A DNA stretch of 63,744 nt, counting the filler, from Octopus bimaculoides (lineage: Eukaryota): assembly GCF_001194135.2 (NCBI RefSeq). It is 3 parts of 3 records of this genome, joined end to end, with 100 filler letters (N's around TTAATTAATTAA, not from the genome) between each part and the next. Parts side by side here need not be neighbours in the genome. Positions count along the whole stretch, not along the records: positions 53,991 to 63,744 come from NC_068982.1; 2 more parts are not named here. One strand, 5' to 3'. Positions 54,834 through 63,744 of the stretch are shown here, one piece after another (position 1 is the first letter of the stretch; the number at the start of each line of letters is the position of its first letter). The position numbers were made by a program, and so were the translations under genes. Under the pieces are notes generated by a model that saw nothing but the letters and a program-made list of their open reading frames with translations, made no database searches and was not told where the DNA came from.

Positions 54834-55230
54834 ATTTAAGTCTGCTTTCTATGCTGTTATGAGTTAGATGGTTCGATAGGATTTGATGGATTGGAGAACA
54901 ATGTCTTACTTCTATCTTTCAGTTTTAGTATAATTTCTATGGGTGAATGTTCTTCCTAATGCTAACCATTTTACAGAATGCTTTTTTCATGCACCAGAAC
55001 TAATGAGGTCATTTTGTAGGTTACAAAGCTGAAAAGAGAATTTGAGAAAGAGAGTGATGACTTTTGATGAAGTGTGGAAAGAAGTTAAAGTGTATGTGTG
55101 TATACAGTTAAAGTGTATGTGTGTGTACACCTGTACACACACATTTTATAAGCTGTAAAGTTTATATAAATGACTCAAAGGCTTAGAGTTTCTTGTAATG
55201 GCACTGATCAGACTAGAGTAGAAATTACAT

Positions 55231-55381
55231 ACGAATGTTGCTGTAATTTAGCCCCAGGAGATATTGTTTTGAGCTGAGTGGGGGTGCTGGATTCCCTTGT
55301 TCGAAAATATAAGGACACAGTGTGTGTCGTATTGCCAGCTGGAGACGATGTCTCCTGGGGCTAAATTACAGCAACATTCGT
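55231..55381. repeat. 31-bp perfect inverted repeat
   Basis: acgaatgttgctgtaatttagccccaggaga (55231-55261) versus its reverse complement at 55351-55381. Confidence 0.95.
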
Positions 55382-57289
55382 CCTAAACCAGGACTGCCAT
55401 GTTATGTTGGCAAACAATCCTTTCTCATCACTTTGTCCTACATGTTCTTGGGTCTGCCCCTTCCACATGTTCCCTCCACAATTAGAGATCAGCACCACTT
55501 GATGCAACTGTCCTCATTCATATGCAGTATATATATATATATATATATATATAATTTAACTTCCCTTTTTCCATTCTGGCGTGGAACTGATGAGGTGGAG
55601 GGTTGTACTGAGCTCCAGTGTCTGCTTTGCCCTTCTTAATGCCAACCACTTTACATAGCATATTGGGTGCTCTTTTTGTGGAACCAATATGATGAGGTCA
55701 CTAGCTACCTGCAAAACAAGATCCCTTAAATGGGTGGGTTACAGTATTGAGCGATATGAAAGTATGAAAGAAAAACTGGAGCAAGTGTCTTGCTGAAGAG
55801 GTGGATATATGGCTTCCCCATCTAGAGAGAATGAGAGAGATGTAAGGTCAACGTACAAGGTGAATATGAGAGATAGAAAGAGGGAAGTATAAAAATAGTG
55901 GGTTGGTTGGTTGGTTGGTTGGTTGGGTTGGTAAGTGCACAAGAGTGGAATTAGTGTGACAGATGATTAAAGGTGGAGATTGAGTTGGATGCAGTGAATA
56001 TGCAATGTATATATGTGTGTGACTGACTGACTTTGTATTTCCCTTATTTACATCTCTGCTTGCTTGCTGATTGTACGCAGTGGCTTAGCTAATTGTGTTA
56101 TTTGTTTCCAGCTCTTCATGTAAGCATGCTTGGACTGTTTGCTGTTTGATAGATAGTGAAATTCTTACTCTACTTGGAGATAAGTGGGAGTTGGCAATAG
56201 GAACGGCCTCTAGCCACAAAAGACTCTACTCCAACATACTCTCGTTGGGCCCATGCTTGCACAGAGATGTTAAAATGATAAGGATACACAACGCGTACCC
56301 ACACGTGTCTGCCCATTCATTCTTGACCACTTCCTTCCATTCAATTCAACATGTGAAATCGTTAATCCAGACATGCTTTTTGCTCTCTCTCCATTTTCTT
56401 TCCTCATTCTTTTTTGTTGAAAAGCATAGAATCAAAATGTCAAGATCTTTTCCACTTTCCCTGAATGTCAAACGAATATACCATGTTTATTGTTCCTTCA
56501 CCTGTCTCTGTCTTCAGTTTTTTGTTTTTTTGTACACCTGACCCATGTGTATGTGTGTGTGTGCATACGCGTGCACATGCAATCACACAAGTGCAAAACA
56601 TGATGGAGAAAATAGCACACAAATACTAAAGGTAGAATTTAATATAGTTTTATTGAAACCTAAAAGCCTCACCAACTGTTACTTTGAGTTTTATACAGCT
56701 GATCTTGAACCAGAATGAAACATAGAAACAATATATTAGGTTAAATACTACATTGCAAATCAGTTGACAAATAAGCCAATATACATTTAAAGCTGATTGG
56801 AGAGGAGGTTGTCGCAGTTTCAGAATCAATGGAATCTGTTGGATTGATTGTTGGTAAAAATATATAAACATAATAAATGTGTTAATTGAAGTTGAATAAA
56901 ATGAAGCCTTATGTCTTGATAAAGTAATATGGACATTATGAGTTTAGCTTCTGCCAAGAAAAAAAATAAGCAAAATTCAATTTATAGTTTGGAGAGCATA
57001 GATAAATTAAAGCCACGATAAATGAAAAGCAAGAATAAAACAAATAAGTGAATTTGTTATAGAGGAAAATATAAAGAATATAGAGGAGGAAAGAGATGAT
57101 TTTGTTGGGGGTGGGAAACCAGTTTGAATGAGGCTGTGCTCTACAGTAACTTGTAGACATCAGTTCTTGAAAAAATTGTGCAAGAAGGCACAAGCCACCC
57201 CCACCATTTTGGAATGTCTGCTTGATGGTGTGCAAGAGATAAAGCGGTCACTAACCTTAGTTAGGTCACTAGCACTCATACTAATGTTA

Positions 57290-58130
57290 AAGAGTGTGCT
57301 GGAGTAATACTTATTTATCCAGAGAAAGTCATTGACAAAAGCTTGGCAGATAGGATGATGTCAGTTTCTTCCTCAGAGATGAGTGTAATGGCTTTGGCAA
57401 AATCTAATACTTTGAGAAGTAGAGGGCTGGTAATGGAAGTGTAGTAGCTCTTAATACCAAACTGGAAGAACTTGCTCCTGTACTTACTGGTATGTTTTCT
57501 AACTATCCAGTGACTATGATATGTTATTCTAAAATGGTAAAAGTAATTCTGTCTTGACTTTTAGAAGAATCCTGCCTAGTAAGTCTTAACTAATTTTACT
57601 TGTGTGTTTTTTGTTGGTTAATAAATCTAATTGAAAGTTTGCAGTTGAAATTATTCTTGTGGTTCTTAAAAGTGACGGAAAAAAAAAATTCTAAGGGAAT
57701 GATTTGAAGACTCATTTCTGACATGTGTATTGATCTGGAAGTGATAACATATTTTTACCTTACTGATAGATGTTTGTTCACGTATTCTTGTTCATTATTT
57801 GTTTTTGTAGTGCTACAAGCTTACAGTAAGAATGTTTGCCAGTTTTGTTAAGGTTTTTAGTCTTATCCAAGCTGATAATGAAATTTGATTCTTTTTTAAG
57901 CTGAAAGTTTCTGGAAAGAAATGCTGGAGTTCCTGAACTTCATTTTTTTCGACAAGTTGAAAAAGGTTCTCTTCAAATGTGATCAGTAGTTTGTTCATAA
58001 GGCAGTTATGACTCTAATCCAATGTGTTTCCTCAAGTTGGATTGAGTCTTTTGATTAAAATCTATCATTTTCTGCATCAAGTATTTGTGGTATACTTTCT
58101 TAGGATTATAAATATTCTTGGTTGAAGAAT
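57290..58130 (-). mobile_element. Degenerate Penelope-like (Neptune-type) N-terminal/RT fragment
   Basis: Minus-strand STKNIYNP, LITFEENL, LDKTKNL and GIKSYYTSITSPLLLKVLDFAK...ISEEETDII motifs. Confidence 0.6.
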
Positions 58131-59279
58131 TATGGTGTATAAGTGGCTGGTTAGTGTATATGCCAAAAGGGAGCAGTGTGTATGTAAGCATTGGAGTTAC
58201 CTGTTCATTAGAACATGCTTTGGCTAGGTCTGAGTATCAGTATGTCTGACAAAATACTCTTTGTTTTAGTTTGAAAATATGGCAGGAACTAATTAGTATT
58301 TTGATATAGTTCCTTGTATAGAGATAGGTAGAAAATAGACTAATGAGCAGAAGGATAGTTTGACCAATAGGTGGTAGGTAGGGTGACAGGGGAAGGTATG
58401 TGGTGGTGATGGTAGTATTATTGATAAGGAAGAAAACGTGTGGTGTGTTGATGATAGTGATGATGATGATGATGATGGTGGTAATATTAATGATCATAGT
58501 GCGTAGTGGTGGTGATGGTGGTGTTGGCTGGTTGTTAGGTGTAGAGATGGTGATGAAGTGACATTTTTATGGTTATGAGTTGTTAATGGTGGGGTTGACA
58601 AATGCTGTACTCATGATGATAATTGGGTTTTCTCAAACCACAATGTCTTGGAGCAATGATATCTCATTGAGGTTATCAGGAAAACAAAAAAATAGGAACA
58701 AAATGCAAACAAAAATACCTACACCCAGCATGCCAATATATATACACACACAAACACCAAGCACTCTGAGGAGATAGTACACATAATCATGCAAATATAC
58801 AATGCATACAAACAAAAGTACATATGCACAGATGATACATACACATACTTACAAACATATACACCCTTCATACATATGCACATACATATTTACCCTACAT
58901 ATATAGAAGTACAAATACATACAAAGATATAATTGTGCATATGCATACATAGGTATGTACATTGGAACAGGTCTTCTATCAATCTAAATATTTAGCTATC
59001 CTTGTATTAGAAACCCACACTTAAACCCCGAACACTCAGGAAAAGCAACATTACATAGTTCACATTTCCATACAATATTAATGTAGCTATTCTTCTCGGC
59101 AGAAACTTCCTCTTTTTATTTAGAAAACACTTTTCTTTACAATGTATGTACTGTAAAATATTTAACATAACATCATCTATCTGTATCTTCAGTCAGAATC
59201 TAACCTCTTCTAATCACCACAACCACAGTCTCAAGTGAGCATACTATCACCAAATCTTGCAATTTCACTGACACCAACA

Positions 59280-59650
59280 GTCTGTTCAGTGATAACTATT
59301 TAGCTAAGGACATTAACATGTGTATAGTCAATATCAACACTTTGTCAAAAGCCTACATTGGCATGACCTATAATTCTTTTAAATTTGGATACAATTCTCA
59401 CTTCTACACATTTCTACACCTCAGTAGGTCAGATCAGACTTCTTTAGCTAATTTCATCTAAAATCTGAAAAACAAATTCATACCATGCAATCTATATAAA
59501 ATACTGTGTGACATGAACTCTTTTAAAAGAAGCTGCAAACCATGCAACTTGTGCATGAATGAAAGTTTGAAATCCTTATTCTTCAGATAACTCATTAAGC
59601 AGAATTACTAAAAAGCTTCCTTCTTGCATTCATAAAACCTAAAGGACTCA
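59280..59650 (+). mobile_element. Degenerate Penelope-like GIY-YIG endonuclease fragment
   Basis: KAYIGMTYNSFKFGYNSH...SLANFI*NLK...CKPCNLCMNE resembles Neptune-type YIG.T..FK.R..H / C.LC..EK. Confidence 0.65.
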
Positions 59651-60169
59651 TTATCTCTCCATTCTTTATGATGACACTAACTTTCTAGCTATTTCTCCAT
59701 ATTCTCTTGATAACTTTACCTATCATCTTTCTTCCAACCCATCTGCAGACTTTAATATTTGTCTCCACTCACCCTTTATTTCCTTCCACCTTATCCTTTC
59801 CTCATCAATTTCACCTATATATCTACAACTTATTGTTTCATTTCTACTCTCTTTCTTTCAACCCACCTGCAGACTTTCATACACCTTTGTCTCTGCTCAT
59901 TCTTTATTTTATGTTGTTGGTTTTTGTTTTCTTCAACATGTGTTATTCTGATGTGTGTGTGCATGTGTGTTACTTTGTGCTCTAATCCATTTCCATAAAA
60001 GTGTATTGGTCTGTGTGTAGGTGAAGTTGTGCAGATGCATATTTGTCTATACATATGGGTGTCCTTGTTCTAATAGGTATATGTATGTACATGTATTTTG
60101 TTTTGGTTGTACCTTAGTATCTTCTCTCTCTGTCTCTGTCATGCACACATATGTGCTTTCATTCATATA

Positions 60170-60209
<40 letters not shown>

Positions 60210-60219
60210 NNNNNNNNNN

Positions 60220-60265
<46 letters not shown>

Positions 60266-60767
60266 GAAGAAATTTACAGTCAAATGACCAAACAGCTGGC
60301 TTCCAAAAAGATTGATTTGTGTTTACAGGCAGCTTGAAGATTTTTAACTTTTGGTCCAATGCAATGAGGATTTAAAGCTAGCACCTGTGTGTATACACTC
60401 ACACACACATGTACACATGCTTGAGCATTGTGTGTGTGTATGCATATGCTTGTACATATGTATGTATATGTATGTCTGTATATGTGCATAAAAGGAAAAG
60501 TGAATGTTATGTTATTTTGTCTAAAGAATATGGAAAAATCTGTTAGATGCATTAAACTGTCTCAAAGTCTTGCCGAAAGCTATTTTACACATCAATATCA
60601 AATAAAGACGAATTCAATTGATTTATTAAAATTCCACCTACAACTTTTTAAAATTGATTACTTTGCATAAAGACTTCATTATTTACCTCAATACGCCATA
60701 CATGACAATTATATGTATTTATAATGCAATAATACATACTTATAACCACAGTTATATATCATTGTAT

Positions 60768-61085
60768 ATCATCATCATCATCATCATCGTTTAACGTCCG
60801 CTTTCCATGCTAGCATGGGTTGGACGATTTGACTGAGGACTGGTGAAACCGGATGGCAACACCAGGCTCCAGTCTGATTTGGCAGAGTTTCTACAGCTGG
60901 ATGCCCTTCCTAACGCCAACCACCCAGAGAGTGTAGTGGGTGCTTTTACGTGTCACCCACACAAAAACGGCCACGCTCGAAATGGTGTCTTTTATGTGCC
61001 ACCCGCACAAGCCAGTCCAGGGGCACTGGCAATGATCTCGCTCGAAAATCCTACAGGAGCCAGTCAGGCGGTACTGGCAACGGCC
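60768..61085 (-). mobile_element. Family B element
   Basis: Near-identical start to the 8940 copy. Confidence 0.85.
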
Positions 61086-62009
61086 AGAAACTGGGTCATT
61101 TATGACATATATACATAGGTTTAGCGGTGTGTGCATGTGTACATTCATGCACCCTCCCCCATTCATATACATTTATGTGTAATGAATGGTATTAATACTT
61201 TTAACATTTATGTTTTAATCCTAGTTCAGAAACCAAGTTTGAAAATGATTAAAATACCTTGTATGAAAGATGATATAGGAACTTATTCAAAAATGTTTGA
61301 AAAGTGTAACGTATAGCCTGAATTAGAAACTGAACCATAAACAAAAAAAGAAACATGTTTAAAACTTGGATATAAACGTTAGTTTAAAATTATAACATAC
61401 ACACGCAAATTTATAAGTTACACTGAAATATTATGTTCAGAATCAGTCTTTGAGGATTTGGAGTGTAATGTAGGAATGTTCTAAATATTTTATGCCTTTT
61501 TAAGACAACACTTGACAAATTCTTAGTAAGGAACTCGAGGTTTCCATGATACACAAATTACAAGAGCTTCTTTTCCCATTCATACTCTAGTCCAACTTCA
61601 CTACACACTTATTCAATTTAGAATATTGAATTCTTTTAGCTCCTAAACATAATCTGATAACAGTAAAATCACATTGCTTCTGACCTTATTATGAATTGAG
61701 TGAGTTTGCATTTACCCACATTTAAATATATCAGTGCTTAATCCTAAACAGGCCATTGTAGAGTTAGAAGTTTTAACAGTACACTAACTCCTTTGTCTGA
61801 CAATTATTCTGCATTGTGCAAAAATTCAGATGAATGCATTTGTAATTATTGCCTAATTATTATCTTCATTTATACTGTGTCTCAGTCATACTAGAACTAG
61901 CTATATTCTGAGTAATTTGGTACTTTTGAATATGATAGTTTTACCGTATTCCTATTAATGATTTTGTGATATCTCTGGTGGGCTTATGAGAAGAATTTAT
62001 AGGTATAGG

Positions 62010-62328
62010 CTCTTGAGATCCACTCTCAAAATCAGCATCATTGCTTTAATCATCATTGTCAGTGTCCTCTTCATCAGACAACACTTGATTCAAGACATCA
62101 CTCACAGACAAGTTTGTTTGACTCATTTTCATGAAAAACTAGCAGGAGCAGCTTCAATCATTGGGAAGTACTTCCTGTGATAGTGCATGTGCAGGGTGAC
62201 GACCAGATGCAACGTCACTAGTTGGATGAGGAGGTGTTAAGTGATATGTTTGTAAACTACAATGTGGCAGCTGGTAAAGCGGCCGCTGGGGTATTTGTAT
62301 CTGCAGCTGGCTGCTGGGGTTCTGAGGG
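62010..62328 (-). mobile_element. Possible piggyBac-like left end and transposase N-terminus
   Basis: (G)TAA|CCCTCAGAACCCC end; ATG at 62126 gives MSQTNLSVSDVLNQVLSDEEDTDNDD*SNDADFES, acidic like piggyBac N-termini. Confidence 0.35.
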
Positions 62329-63744
62329 TTACTTTCAAAAAGTAGAAAGATACAAACTAGTTAAGCCTATAACCTCAGCAACACCAGTGTATATAAGGGT
62401 AGATGGCTATAAAAGTAGACCTGTGTGTATGTGTGCGTCTGTCTGTCTGTCTCTCTCTTTCTCTCTTTCTCTCTCTCTCTCTCCCTCTCTCTCTCTCTCT
62501 CTGTATGGTAGTTGAGTTCAGCTAAAATATGGTACTTAAGTTGAGGCACTAGAATTTAGTACGGTATTATCCGTACAATTCCAAAAGTAATTTTAATTAA
62601 TTTTTATCACCTTACTTTGAAATATATATATATATATATATAGAGAAAGAGAGAGATAATATGATGTGTATGTGTAATTGAGCTCACTACTTCTTTTAAA
62701 TCTGATACTTGGTGTTATTTGGTACTAGGATGTAAACTAACACCTGTTTCAAGTGGTGAGGTAGAGGCATATGGAAAGATGCAGGTGTATGCACACATAT
62801 ACGTTCACATGTATGACAGGCTTCCACACAGAAGCTGTGTCAATGCCTGTTGATTATATGTTTCTATCAATTGCTCACAAGGATTTGCTTAGTAGAAAAT
62901 ACTTTTCCAAGATGGCATGCTGTGGCATTGAACCTGAAACTACATCATTGTGAAGCAAACATCTCAGCCACACAGCCATACCTGCACCATTAAGTTGTCT
63001 GTAGAATTTTAATAAATCTGTGAAATCTGCCCTAAAATTATATCTACAAGTAGTTTTGAAATAACCTTAGAAACAAGTTCAATGCATCTAACAGATTTTT
63101 TTCAGAATTTTTTATATAAAAATAAAAATGATATTCATTTGATAATCAGTTCCATCTTCTGAAGCAGATTTATATCTATAAGGATTCTTGAATAAATCTA
63201 CATTTCAGATTGCGCTTTATTTGATAATAGAGATATTACTGATATATTGAGTACTTTGATAAGTTGTTGGCAATGTTTTGATTGGGTGTGCAAATGTGTA
63301 TGTTTGAGTGTATGTGTTGTGTATATACATGTTTATGTTTATAACTGTTTGTGTGTGTGTGTGTGTGTGTGTAAATATATTTATATATGAGTATGTGTGT
63401 ATATATGTGTGTATAAGACTTGTCAAAGGGCGGATGAACTCCTGAACAGTCAACGACCATCCAACAAAATGTCTGTAAATATGTATATATATATATATGT
63501 ATGGGTGTGTATATATGTGTGAATGTCTGTAAATATGTATATATGAATAATTTTAATTTTATATATATACTATTTTTTATCTTTTATATTTTATTTATAT
63601 ATATATTTTTTTAATTATCTTTTATTTTTTTGATGAGCTGCTCCACATCGGTCACCGGAGTGATATTTGATCACTTTACAGAGTGTCTGTGTGTCGGTTA
63701 GGTGTCTGGAATGGGACGGCTTACCTCATGGGCAGGTAGAAGCT

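Overview
AT-rich, microsatellite- and transposon-dense animal genomic DNA with eight N-gaps. The SINE/RTE families look like those of Octopus (recognised from memory, not by a search). The only supportable host gene is the 3' end of an Epac/RAPGEF4-like cAMP-regulated Rap GEF on the + strand. It has five small GT-AG exons (30816-30954, 32247-32311, 33509-33563, 37802-37859, 41168-41240) that splice in frame to the last 129 aa of the RasGEF/CDC25 domain and the stop codon. No upstream exon was found in 1-30815. The rest is tRNA-derived SINEs (working labels A, C, D, E), an RTE-tail repeat (label B), RTE, CR1/Jockey-like and Tx1/L1-like LINE relics, Penelope-like elements (PLEs), mariner, pogo and hAT-like DNA transposons/MITEs, and simple repeats. 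Best leads: (1) a PLE family whose 3' region joins a GIY-YIG C-terminus, a tRNA-like Pol III promoter and a minimal type-I hammerhead ribozyme (two insertions, three hammerhead copies, all degenerate); (2) a highly similar inverted repeat pair bracketing three Epac exons (circRNA/ADAR candidate); (3) several near-perfect hairpins; (4) a minisatellite born inside a SINE; (5) tandem arrays just after the Epac stop; (6) an exact 85-bp templated insertion. Most ORFs in the supplied track are microsatellite or gap artefacts. Repeat boundaries are by eye and approximate unless a TIR or TSD is cited. No CRISPR, rRNA or bona fide tRNA gene is supported.
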